Both the position numbers and the translations under genes were made by a program. From the NCBI GenBank assembly GCA_040285855.1, contig JAUFOQ010000010.1, positions 1,922,001-1,986,000 on the forward strand: DNA of 64,000 nucleotides, read 5' to 3'. Positions 39,401 to 51,380 of the stretch are shown piece after piece (the stretch's first letter is position 1; the number at the start of each line of letters is the position of its first letter). The DNA comes from Eukaryota sp. GEM-RC1 (lineage: Eukaryota). Under the pieces are notes generated by a model. That model had not been told where the DNA came from and searched no databases. It saw only the letters and a program-made list of their open reading frames with translations.

Positions 39401-41353
39401 TCATTCAATTGACACTTCTCTCGGTGTTGTTTATTACGACAAATTGGTTGATAACTATGACTTAATTTATCTTTTATCTGCTTTAAAGTCTAGTGTTAAT
39501 ATTAAACGTGTCGAATGTCTTGGGCTTGAAACTGTCAGTGTAGAAGGAATTATTACTTTATTTGAAGTTCTCTCGATCAACAAATCAGTAATAGATGTTG
39601 ATATTTCTCCTCACATTATTGACGTTGAAAATGCAGTGTTTTGTTTCTTACCAGAAAGTCTAACTCAAATTACTTCTCAAGAAGTCACATCACTAGGGGC
39701 CTTTTTGGAAGGATTTACTATCAAAGAGCTTACTCTTCAACAATGTTGCTTTGCAGTCGATGTAATTCCCATTTTGTGTGACTTAATTAGGGGAAATAGA
39801 TCTTTGAATTCTGTTGACTTCAGCTATATACAATGTTCTGGTGAAGATTTTTATTTCCCTTGCGCCGAGAAACCAAATCAGAATTTCTCGAAGTTAATCA
39901 ATGCGATTCGCTCCAATTCTAATTTAAAGATGATTAATTTCAGTAACGATGATATTGGATTTGATAAGCTTTTGCTCATTTTTGAACAGTTTAGTACTCA
40001 CCACATACCACCAATTATCAAAGTGGCTCCTCATTCAATTGATTTTTCTACTGGGACTATTTTTTATGATCAACATGTTAATGACATTGATTTAACTTCA
40101 CTTGTAACTGCTTTAATTTCTAATGTTCATATTAAACGTGTCGAATGTCTTGGTCTTGAAACTCTCAGTTTAGAAGGAATTTTTACTTTATTTGAAGTTC
40201 TCTCGATCAACAAATCAGTAATAGATGTTGATATTTCTCCTCACCTTATTGACATTGAAAATGCAGTGTTTTGTTTCTCACCAGAAACTCTTACTCAAAT
40301 AACTTCTGAAGAACTCACACCACTACCTGATTTTTTGGATAGGTTTACTATCAAAGAATTTACTGTCCGAAACTGTCTCATTTGTCAATCTGGAGTGCCT
40401 GTTTTGCATGACGTCATCAAAAACATTCATTGACTTCTTTTAACTTCACAGTGACTGAAAACAGTATTCTTGAATTTCTCAATGATAATCAGTCCATAGC
40501 TAATTTTAAAATGATTAATCTCTGCAACATTGATATTGGGTTTAAAACTCTTTTGACTATTTTCAAACAGTTTTCTACTCACGAATCACCACCAATTATT
40601 GAAGTTTATCCTCATTCTATTGACTTTTCTCTTGGTACTATCCGTTTTTATGGTACTATTTCAAGTACTGATATATATTCACTTATTGATGTCTTAAATT
40701 TAAAGCTACCCATCAAACGTGTTGATTGTCATGGATTAATTGATCCCTGCTTTGATTGTATTGTTTCCCTTTATCACCTTCTTTCCATTAATCATTCATT
40801 GATTGATGTAGATATTTTTCCTCATTACATTGACACAGAATCTGGTATTTTTTCCTTTTCAACACTAAATCATATTGAACTTACTGTTGAGAATGTCTGC
40901 GATTTAAGTTCCTTTGGTCTTAAAGAACTCACCTTACAAGGATGTCGTTTTGCTGACGATGCTTTGGCAGTGTTATGTGATTTGTTAGTGGTCAATACTT
41001 CACTTACTTATCTTGAATTATCTTATTGTGATTTGTCTGATACAGATTTCCTGAGAATAGTTGATTCTCTTCGACTTAATTCCTCTTTACATGTTAGATC
41101 AATGTACTTTGGGGGTAATTTATTTGGAAATTGCAGTGCAAAAGCCTTAGCCGAATTATTGAAAGAAAATACTACAGTGTCCAAAATTCATCTTTGGGGT
41201 AATTCCATTGGTAATGAAGGTGCTTTAGGATTTTCAAACCTATTGATGTTAAATTACACTATTGAATTTATTAATCTAGGGAATAACCCTATTAATCAAG
41301 GTACTAAAGCAGAGATTCAAAAATTATCCAATGGAAGGATTGTATTTCTCTAG
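36419..41353 (+). CDS. Large LRR-family protein (about 1640 aa after four frameshift repairs) with internal tandem duplication
   Basis: Joined ORFs 36419-, 36489-, 36856-, 38568- and 40430-41353. Family N-terminal domain QESLLVSIN.HVLRR, atypical SPH.ID..G repeats, C-terminal NLRC3/RNI-like repeats (GNSIGNEGA). Confidence 0.8.
38533..40149 (+). repeat. Intragenic duplication (38533-39081 vs 39600-40149)
   Basis: Near-identical DNA and protein (PESLTQITSQEVTSLGAFLEG...IKRVEC) twice. Confidence 0.9.
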
Positions 41354-41512
41354 AAGTAATCAACAGTCAGTCAGTATTCATCGGAAATCAATCAAGAATC
41401 GCCACTCTTTGTTACTTCAAGAACTAATCAAAACAAATTGACTGTTTGATGAGTTTTGACCTTGTGACATGGGTGTCGTTTGAGTTATTAAAAATTGTTA
41501 CAAATAAAAAAT

Positions 41513-42839
41513 ATAAAGAGTTTATTTGCAACAATAAATTAATACATACTAATTCAGAAAATGAAAGAAGTTAAATTCTCCACATCAACACGAGAATTGT
41601 CCCTATACAACTTCGAATAAATGGAACATAAATACTTGGGAATGCTTCTATAAAGAGCGAACATAATTCGATTAATCCATACAGCGCTATTAAACACCTT
41701 GCCATTAGAACGACATAAAAGACTAAAATCACTGAAAAACTTTAAACCGGCTGGACCAATATTACCAAAAATTGAAATGGCAAATGGAACAGATGAAAAC
41801 TTTGAATATCGATTTTCATTTAGCTTCTGCAAAGCATCCGCATAATTTGAACACTTTCGTTGTTCAGCCTTTTCCAGATGACCATTCGAATCATTCAATA
41901 TGGAGTCTTGGTAGACTTTTGCAAACGGGTCAACTGTAGTAAAATCAACCACAACTTGAGATGAATCCAGGAAAGGAGCAATTAAGTCACCACGCCGAGA
42001 ATCAAACACGTTATTGTCACTATAATGTTTCAGAAGAGGTTCAATTTTACAACTATAATTGTAGGATTTGAACATTTCATAAGTAACAACAAGAACAGCG
42101 TTATGTAGAACAGATCGAAATTGCAAAAATTTCTTGCAACTAACAACATGACGAAATGTGGCTGTAGCTCGGTTATCGCAAACACAGATTGAATTATTTA
42201 GCAAACCACTAGGGAATAAACCTAAACGAAGACGCATATTTTGCTTCCAAGCATCATTGTTCAAATGTAAACCAAAAGGTCTTGGTTGTTGAGTGATGAA
42301 GCTAGAACATTGTTGAATGTCACATAAAAAAGCTGCAAAGACGGGATTATCAATCTTAGTCACACTAAGTCTTTTACTAAAATCCAAGTTTTCCAACCCA
42401 AGTAATGTAGCATTCTGTAACTTAACTACAGCAAGAGGTAGAAATTCAATTGACCGATCAAGAATAGATGAAACACTTTTCGGGGAACTTTTGTTCCAAA
42501 CTTCAATAGGCAAACCTTGAACTAAGTCCTCCAAAGAGTTCAATAAAGCGTAAGAGCCGTCTACAACTGAATCGAAATTATTTTCGAACCGAAGCTTACT
42601 CTCAAAAGAAAGTTCTTCATACCACCAACGAAAGCACTTTTACATAAATACTCAGCTCTTGAAAAACCAACACCACCAAATTTTGAACTGAAAAAGGCAT
42701 GATAAGGAATTTTGGAACTATTGATTTCAACCAAATTCCCTAAAATTTGAGTTCTCAAAGAGTTGAACTCACGAGCAAAACCAAGAGAAAGCTCAGGTGG
42801 TAAAGATGATTGATTTTCGATCCAAAACAGACCGAAAGT
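41513..42839 (-). mobile_element. 5'-truncated non-LTR retrotransposon with restriction-like endonuclease (CRE/R2-like architecture)
   Basis: RT C-terminal GGVG motif, CVC..HVVSC zinc knuckle, RSVLHNAV, RRGDL...VVVDFT, KAEQRK..Y, VPFAISIFG. 10-bp TSD AATAAAAAAT (41503-41512, 42840-42849); empty site visible in the paralogous flank at about 33576. Confidence 0.9.
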
Positions 42840-42989
42840 AATAAAAAATCTATAATTCTATTGTTGATTTGTGTCTTCTTCTACTCATGTAAAATACAGT
42901 TTTCTTCAGTTAAGCTCAAAACTCTGTTAAAATCTTAATTATATTTAATTGCCTGTAACTGGGTGCATCTTTTATTAATAAGTGTTGAT

Positions 42990-44200
42990 CGGGCAGTTAG
43001 GGACATTGATGTTCGACCTCATATTTTAGATGTGTGTGATCAAATATTCCCCCCAGGAATTTGTTACACCAACTTTCAACGAAGTTTCATTATTAAAGTC
43101 TGTTTTACAGAACTTTTGCATCAAATTACTGTCCTTAATCCATTGTGATTTTTCCAATGAAATCACTCCTCTATGTGACTTAATCAATGCCAATTATTCA
43201 TTGACTTCTGTTTACTTCAGTCACTGTCAACGGGCGAGCAAGGATTTCTCTTCTTTGTGAATAACTCTCAGTGAAATGACTTCTATACGTCTTATTAACT
43301 TAAGTAATCCAAATCTTACACTTCACTGTCATTTGGATGTCCTGCAATAGTTTTGAGTTGTTAAGTCAATGCCAGTATTTGAAGTTTGCCTCATTATTTT
43401 GATATTTCTACTGGCTACATTGATTTTCACGGTTATATCAGCAACTTTAGTTTAAGGTCACTATTAGATGCTTTTAAATCAAACGTTTCTATTAAACGAG
43501 TTCACTGTCGTGGGTTCAAGAATCCCAGTTTTGATGACATTCTTATGGTGATTGAAATACATTCTATATCAAAATCAGTTATTGATTTGACTGCCCTCAC
43601 CTTGTAGACATTTGGATTGTTTGGTTTTTCCCCATGTACATGTGTGCTATTGACTTCCTAGAAGTCATATATCTATACTCCTTTTAAAATGTTTTGTCAT
43701 CAAAGAGCTTTATCCTCCCCATAATGAATCAATCTATTAAGTGATTATATAAGAATCAATCCTTCATTGACTTTTGTTGACTTCGGTAACACACAATTTA
43801 CAGACTTTAATTTCTCTGTTTCAGGCTGATGTTCTCATGACATCAACATACGTTATATCAATCTAAGTGATTCAAACCTTCAGTTTAGTCATCTTTTGAT
43901 AATTTTCAAACAGTTTTCTACTCACGAATCACCACCAATTATTGAAGTTTATCCTCATTCTATTGGTTTTTCTCTTGATATTTTCAGGTGGTATGGTACT
44001 ATTTCAAGAACTGACATATATTCACTTATTGATGTCTTAAATTCAAATCTAGCTATCAAATGTGTTGATTGTCATGGATGGATTACTTGATCCAAATGTT
44101 GAAGGTAGTGTTGCCCTTTTTCAAACTCTTTCCGTTAATAATTCATTGATAGATGTAGACATTTCTCCAAAACTTATTGACTTAGAGCATGGTATTTTCT
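42990..44200 (+). pseudogene. Decayed LRR-family member
   Basis: PHYFDISTG, SNVSIKRVHCRG and FSTHESPPIIEVYPHSI modules with many stops. Confidence 0.8.
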
Positions 44201-44502
44201 TTATTTTTTTTATTGAGATAGATTATTAACATATCGTGATTTGAACTGAGATGAACCTTGCTAAGCAGCGCTCCTCAAAATTCAATTGTACACATAAGTC
44301 CAATTAAAAATATATATCAGAATCTTAATTAAGGTTGTACACTTGAAAAAGAGAGTTACCGATATCAAATGCATGTTCCTTAAATAAAAGTTTATAACAT
44401 CAAAAGGTCTTACTTTAAGAAGAACCCCAAAGACATTCGAGTAGTAGTCAATCTTTGTTTCACTGAATTGAAACACTAATGTACAAAATATAATCGAGAT
44501 TA

Positions 44503-45012
44503 TCAATTCTTATACAAATCTAATAATTGAGCCGCACTTTTTGACAAAACTGAACTAAGAACACTTGTCAACGTGTCATCTTCGCTATTATTCAGATGAA
44601 AAGAAGTCAACGATCGGTCTTCAATCCATTTCTTGATGTCCTTTTCCAATACTTTGTTCTCATCTGAGTGGCGAGAGGTAACAACCGACACGTGGCAGTG
44701 AGATGGAAGAGATTCCAACATAGTCTTCACCCTTTCGAAACTCTTCCTGTTTGAAGTGTCTATGAATAACAGAACAAAGCAAGGATTGTCAGTGAGAGAG
44801 TCTAGATAGCTAGCATAGATATCACTTCCTGGGGTGTCTTGCATAATGAATTCAAACTTATATTTATGTTCAGAAGGGAGAGAAACTGACTTTAAAGAAG
44901 AGGAAACGTTCACAGTGGGTATGTAGTCACCAGAATGTCCATTAAGAAAGACAGTCTTTCCTGTTAAAGGAGATCCTAACAGAATAATACGACCTCGAAG
45001 AACTGTAGGCAT
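44503..45012 (-). CDS. Divergent Rab-like small GTPase (possibly IFT27/RABL4-like)
   Basis: G1 GSPLTGKT, G2 YIPT, G3 DTPG, RKSFE; G4 NKxD degenerate; no prenylation Cys; likely ATG 45012. Confidence 0.7.
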   Translation of the reverse strand: MPTVLRGRIILLGSPLTGKTVFLNGHSGDYIPTVNVSSSLKSVSLPSEHKYKFEFIMQDTPGSDIYASYLDSLTDNPCFVLLFIDTSNRKSFERVKTMLESLPSHCHVSVVTSRHSDENKVLEKDIKKWIEDRSLTSFHLNNSEDDTLTSVLSSVLSKSAAQLLDLYKN

Positions 45013-45065
45013 TTGGTTGGGAAAATTGGTCTGGGATTTTCCCACAACATCTTCATCTCCTCTTA

Positions 45066-46175
45066 ATGGACAAATGTCCACCTATACGACAACTATCTGA
45101 GTTTAACATACTAAAAACTGTTGGTGAAGGGACATATGGTGTTGTTATTCTTGCCAAAGACACTGTATATAATTGCCCTGTAGCTCTTAAACAAATCAGA
45201 GTAGAAGAACAATACGCCTACAAAGATGGCTTTCCTATAACCGCTCTCAGAGAACTCAAATATCTTACTTTACTAGACCATCCAAACATCGTCAAAATGT
45301 ACGGTGTAGCTCTTGGCCAAAGTCTAACAGACTACTACCTTGTACTGGAGTTCATTGACTTTGACTTGGCTAAAGTTCTTGACACTCACAGATCCAATCC
45401 CTTCCGAGTTGGAAGTGTTAAGTGCCTAATGTGGGATCTTCTTAATGCAGTCAACGTCCTTCACAAAGCCAAGATAGCACACAGAGACATCAAGATGAGT
45501 AACTTACTCTACACTAAGCAGGGTGTCTTAAAGCTCTGTGATTTTGGCCTATCACGTCATCTCTGCTATCCTCTCTCGACTCTCACTCCTGATACGATGA
45601 CGTTATGGTATCGTGCACCAGAAGTTCTGTTTGGAAGTGTTGATTATACCTTTTCTGTTGACGTTTTCTCTTTAGGAGCGGTAATGGTGGAGTTGTTGTT
45701 GAATAAGCCACTGTTTCCTGCTAGGACTGACTCAGAACTAGCTGCCTTGTACTTTGCTCAGCTTGGAGTTCCTGGACCAGAGTCTCCAACGATATTTAAT
45801 CTTTACAAAAATTCCAGATTATTTCGACATTCGACTGCAGACTTTACATCACCTCGATTGTTTACTAAAATTAAAAAGCTATCACGCTCTTGTAAAGATA
45901 TGATTGTGTCGATGTTGAGGTATGAACCCTCTGAAAGACCTTCCGTTGAAGAACTTTTGAAGCATTCCTGGTTTAAGGAATTTCCTTATCCAATGAGTCA
46001 TGAAAACATGCCAAAGTTTGATTCTGATTATGATAAATTGATTAATCTGGAAATGCCAAGTCATTATGATCTTGATGACGTTAGGGCGGGGCAAAAGAGA
46101 TCATTTTCTGATATATTTTTGCCCAGTTTTCTTGGACCAAAAAAGAAAAAAAGGGTGACGGTATTTTATACTTGA
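45066..46175 (+). CDS. Cyclin-dependent kinase, CDK10/11-like (PITALRE helix)
   Basis: [41 protein letters not shown]...MP.F tail and basic NLS; intact. Confidence 0.9.
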   Translation: MDKCPPIRQLSEFNILKTVGEGTYGVVILAKDTVYNCPVALKQIRVEEQYAYKDGFPITALRELKYLTLLDHPNIVKMYGVALGQSLTDYYLVLEFIDFDLAKVLDTHRSNPFRVGSVKCLMWDLLNAVNVLHKAKIAHRDIKMSNLLYTKQGVLKLCDFGLSRHLCYPLSTLTPDTMTLWYRAPEVLFGSVDYTFSVDVFSLGAVMVELLLNKPLFPARTDSELAALYFAQLGVPGPESPTIFNLYKNSRLFRHSTADFTSPRLFTKIKKLSRSCKDMIVSMLRYEPSERPSVEELLKHSWFKEFPYPMSHENMPKFDSDYDKLINLEMPSHYDLDDVRAGQKRSFSDIFLPSFLGPKKKKRVTVFYT

Positions 46176-46962
46176 GTTTTTAAATATTGGTTCCAAGAGC
46201 TTACTGTTGTCTATTTAATTTATTAATTTTGATTGTTAATCACCTGCGTTTTTTCCGGAAATCGAATGTATTTGATTATTTAAATCTGTTTTAAATTTCT
46301 AAGTATAATGGATCTCAAATATTCAAATGTTTAAATTTATCAGATCGAGTTAGTCTTGATGACATTAAAATATTATTGTAGCCATTTCATGCTTCAACTA
46401 ACGCCATAATGTACCTAAGTTTCATTATTCAAATTTGTGTTAAATTGAAGATACAATACCTTATTTTTATTATTCTATTTCCAGAACCAGATGTTTTCTG
46501 CGACTTAGTGTCATTATTTTTTGAAAGTTAATAAACTACTTTTCAATGTCGCTTATATCTGTCTCAGTCATCCATTTTTTCATGTATCAAGAACACGTGC
46601 AGTTTCAGTTAGATGTATTTTTGCCAATTCACATGATGTTAACTTTAGCTACGCGATTTTAGTCCCCATTGTTTTTAAATATATATGGTTTTTAACCGCT
46701 GGTTAATGCTACATTCTCAAATTAAACCATCACATGTCAATCAAATGTGATTCGTCGATTCCTAACAATCTCTGGAAAACAAATCCCTGACTTACTTACA
46801 GGATTTTCTTAGAACGCATTCATTAAAGAGTTCTTGTTTGAATGTAGCAATGGTAAACAATTTGGTACTAACCGGATGTTAACAGCTAAGTACCTGAATT
46901 TCATTCAACAGAAGGTCAAAAACAAAAAAAGGAAGTTGCCTGGTGCAAACAGTGCCCAAAAC

Positions 46963-47125
46963 TGTTAGTTACAGGTAATAGTGAAGTGTTAATATTAAGT
47001 ATAATTGATCACTATAACTACCATCTATAATTACAGTGGAATTCTCATTAGGAGGAGATGGTACCCAGATATCATTTCTTGACCAACGAATATCATTATA
47101 AACACCCTTTACATTCCTCTTTGCA
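46963..47125. repeat. Short LTR-like dispersed repeat, longer inverted copy
   Basis: Reverse complement reads TGCAAAGAGGAATGTAAAGGGTGTTTATAA...TAACACTTCACTATTACCTGTAACTAACA. Confidence 0.55.
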
Positions 47126-48040
47126 CTTTTAGGTATTACAACCACACAAAACCACTACTAGTGACACTACATCGTTTTTAATTGTTGGATTGTTTTCCAA
47201 CTCATTGATTTTTAATTGTTTGCAATTCATCAATGGAGGAATTGATATCAATAATAGCAATGTTATGTGCTTTTCTTTCAGTTTCGATGAAGCTTCAGCA
47301 TCTTCATTTTCCAGATGACTTCTAGTGACTTCCTTCTAATACAGGGATACTGATTAGAACATCTGCATCCCTGTAACTCAAAAAATCCCGTTTTTGATTT
47401 GTTGTCCTCCCAATGGTAGAAAACAACTCAAGATCATTTCAGACAACTGTTGTCTGAAATGACTAGATAATCGCTTGTTACAACTGCTGAGTGTTTGTAC
47501 ACGTAATTTGACCTATGTTCTTGAAAGTAAAGTGGGGATTCTGAGGACTGTGGCTTCCCAAGTTTTAACAGTTGGTGGAAGTCATAAGAAGATTGGTGTG
47601 ATTTCAAGTAGTGTTACCATTAGGTCAACTTTGATAAAAGTAAAGAAATAAGTCTTTAGAGAAATTACCCTAAAACAAAGTTTTTAGAAAAAGTGCCATG
47701 TCATCAGCGAAAAGAAAAACATATAACTCTTCCAAGTTTACATACTATAGACAATGAGTTGAATAATTACAGTAAGAACAATAAGCAACAAAGTCAATTC
47801 ACATTAAAATTGCGACATCTATCACGGAAGATTAGAAGTATTGTTATGCAACTGTCTCAAACATAGACTGAAAGAAGAAAATTTAGTCAAAAGATCAGAA
47901 ATTGAACACATCAACGAACCCCATCGTTCACTGTGGAAGTGTAACAGAACAGTCTTAAAGAAACATAATCTTCAAGACAAAGATTAGTCTTGATAAAGAT
48001 TTGACAGTTGAAGATTTTAAGAATTTTAATTCTCAACCCA

Positions 48041-50883
48041 ATGTTCATTTCTCACAACGCACCGCCATTTAAAAAAGACCGCTCTTCTGAAGACCTCTTA
48101 GGAATCAGACCAGAAGCTGATAATCTGATAGATTCTTTCCCCAATGACATAGTCTTACAAGAGTCCTTGCTAGTTTCCATCAATCTCCACGTTCTAAGAC
48201 GTCTGTGTGCTTCTGAATTCGAGAAAGGTGTCTCGTACTCCTTTCAACAGTCTTTTGACCGTGTCAATCGAATGTCAGAATTCCTCCAAAACATTGGATA
48301 CGTGAGTAACCTATTCTTTCAAACAGCTTGTTCTGCCATTCAAGTGTTTCTTGGAACTCACTTGTTCACAGTAAGGTGGCCCGAAAACCTTTCCAAACTA
48401 GCTACTTTTGCTTCTTTCTTCAATTCGGAGTTACACTCTATTGACTTAGAAGTAAGGGATCAATTCCATTCTCAAGATCTTGTTCCTTTTACTTCAATCA
48501 TTCACAACATTAAGCTATCAAGTGAATTATCTCATTCCAATGACTTCTTCGATCCACAAAGTCCACTGTTCTTACCCAATCTCAGACAACTTTCCCTTGG
48601 TCGGCAGGACCTTTCACCTTCCAACCTCAGCTTTGATGACGTCACCGCCAAGTTTATCCTCGAAAGTCCCACCATTGAAGCATTAGACATTCTTCTGTGT
48701 TTCTCCACACAAGCACATCTTTTAACTAAGATTTTCTCCTCAAGTAAGTGTCGTTTGAGAAAGTTGATTTTCAATCCTTCGATGTCTCAAGGTTTTGATG
48801 ATCATTTGCTAGCTCCAATGTTTGCTGCCCTTGCTGATTGCAACTCTATACAAGAAGTTAGAGTGACTAGGTGTCATTCTTTTGAAGTTCTGGCCCCTTT
48901 ATTCAGCAGTTCCAGTATTAAGAGATTATGTGTTTCTGGAGCTAGAAGAGAAATATCTTCTATTTTTGATCCTCTAAAGTACAATTCATCCTTGCAAGAG
49001 TTGGTTATGTGTTATCCTGCTTTTAATCCTAATGATATTGCTGATGTTTTAAAACATAACACAGTTTTAAAACGACTTGAACTGGCACTAACAGACTTGT
49101 CTATTTCACCAATTTTTAAATCTCTTGAGTCGAATTCTTCTTTAAAGGAACTGATTGTACGTGACTATTGTAACAGGAAAACCTTCGAAAGTGAAGAGTT
49201 TGAAGCTTTATGCAAAATGATGAGAATCAACAAATCCTTGCTTATTTTAAATTTTCCTGGCCACTTGATGACTTCCACTCTATTTCAATTATTTGTCCAA
49301 AGTTTCAAAAACAATCACGTCATTAAAAAAGTTATTTTGCCAGATACATGTAGTTTCAAGAGTTTGAGCTCTTTTGTAAGTGATTGTGAAACATTGTGTA
49401 CAGATCACCTGCCATCTTCAATTGATTTTGATCCTCACTTTATTGACGTTCAAAAAGGACTATTTAGATTTGCACCATCTTCTGATGGTCATTGTTATAT
49501 TCGAATAAGTGCTGATGAAGTTTCTTCTCTGCAGTCATTTGTAGATAGATTTAGTATCAAAGAGCTTACCATTAAGAACTGTTTTTTTCTGAAAAATCAA
49601 TCAATGAATTGGGACATTTATTAACAAATAATGATTCATTGACTTCTGTTGACTTCAGTCACTCTCAAACGATATATGGATGTAAATTGGCATCTCGCAA
49701 TCGTCATTCTCAGTGGAACTTGTTCGCTCCAACACCAACACCAACACCAACACCATCTGAAAACATCACTCTACAATTAATCAGGGCAATTCAGTCCAAC
49801 TCTCGCGTTAAAAAAGATTAATTTGAATAATAATGGTGTTAGTCTTAGTAGCCTTTTAACATTGTTGAACTGATATCATCTGGTAAATTATCCTCAAATA
49901 TTCTAATTTCTCCTCATTCTTTTAATATTTGTACTGGTTCAATTTTTTATGAAGACACTGTAGATTTCGTTGAATTGTCGTCAGTTTTAAAATCATTGAA
50001 ATCACATGTTTCAATCAAAACAATCAAATGTCTTGGATGTGATTCTATTAATTTCAATGAACTTATCGATTTATTTGAATTTACTTCGATGAACACATCT
50101 TTGGTAGATCTTGATGTTTCTTCTTTATCTATTAACTTTTCCAATGGTTCAATTTGTTACAGAAAGTACCTCGAAAGCAAGGATTTGCCGCCTCTTTTAA
50201 ATAATTTGAAATCTAATGTTCCTGTTAAACATATTGAATTTCGTGGATTGCATAGGCCAAATTTGAGTGACATTCTGACTATTCTAGAGATTCTTTCTAT
50301 CAACAAATCAGTGATCTTTAATGATCTTCATCCACATCAAATTGATGTTAAAAAAGGAGTGTTTAGTTTAAATCCTCATGAATTGACTGAAATTACTACA
50401 GAAATGATCTCTTCTTTGAAGTGTTTTCTGCAGTGTTTCAATATTAAGGAGCTCACTTTTAAACGATTTCGATTTTCTGATGAAGCAATCGTTGTTTTAT
50501 GTGATTTAATTAAGCTCAATACTTTTTTGACTTCTGTTGACTTCAGCAATTGTGGATTGACTGATGACCAGTTGGTACTAATCATTGAAGCTCTTAATAT
50601 AGATTCATCGTCAACTCTTTTATCAGTTAATTTTGGTAAAAATTCGATGAAAACCAAATGTATTTTGGCTTTGAGTGAGGCATTAAAGCAGAATTCCTCC
50701 GTTACTAAGATTATTCTTGAGTCTAATTCTATTACTGACGGAGGAGCAAGAACTTTTGGTGAAGCTTTGTTACAGAATTCAACAGTTGTTGAGGTTGATT
50801 TACGAGGTAATTCAATTGGTTTTAAAACAGAAGTTTTTATTGAAAATATCTCAAATTATCGTATTCATTGTTCTTATTGGTAA
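48041..50883 (+). CDS. LRR-family protein (about 945 aa after frameshift repairs)
   Basis: Joined ORFs 48041-49624, 49609-49821 and 49975-50883; family N-terminus and RNI-like C-terminal repeats. Confidence 0.8.
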
Positions 50884-51380
50884 ACAACTACAGAATGTAA
50901 GTTTAAGTTCAAAGCAAAGTGTATGCATGAATGTGCAAAAATAAAATTACTAGTACAATCTATTAGACATTACACCCCACAATACGGCACTACAGGTCTC
51001 AACTAATTTGTAGGTAATTGGCTTAATCAACTTGGACATAGATCTGAACAGAGAAAAAATCAAGCGATTTTGCCAAATCGATAAGTTAAATCTCGTATTC
51101 TGAGACTTACACATATATACATAAATAAAAAAAACTGAATATGCATTTCGCACATACTCTGTTTTACCAATTCATTTTTTAAAATTCCGAATCTTTCAAT
51201 AAATTAAATAATGCAGGTTTGAGACCTCATCAGACAAATACAGACAGTAAACACCTGGTTGTCGAGTGATCAAACAAATATGATTCATTTCATAGTGAAC
51301 AATTACAGAAATTACAATTCAACTAATTGCTTCAAATATAAACAATGTCAAGAAAATTTGATTCGATCATCTGTGAGTTC

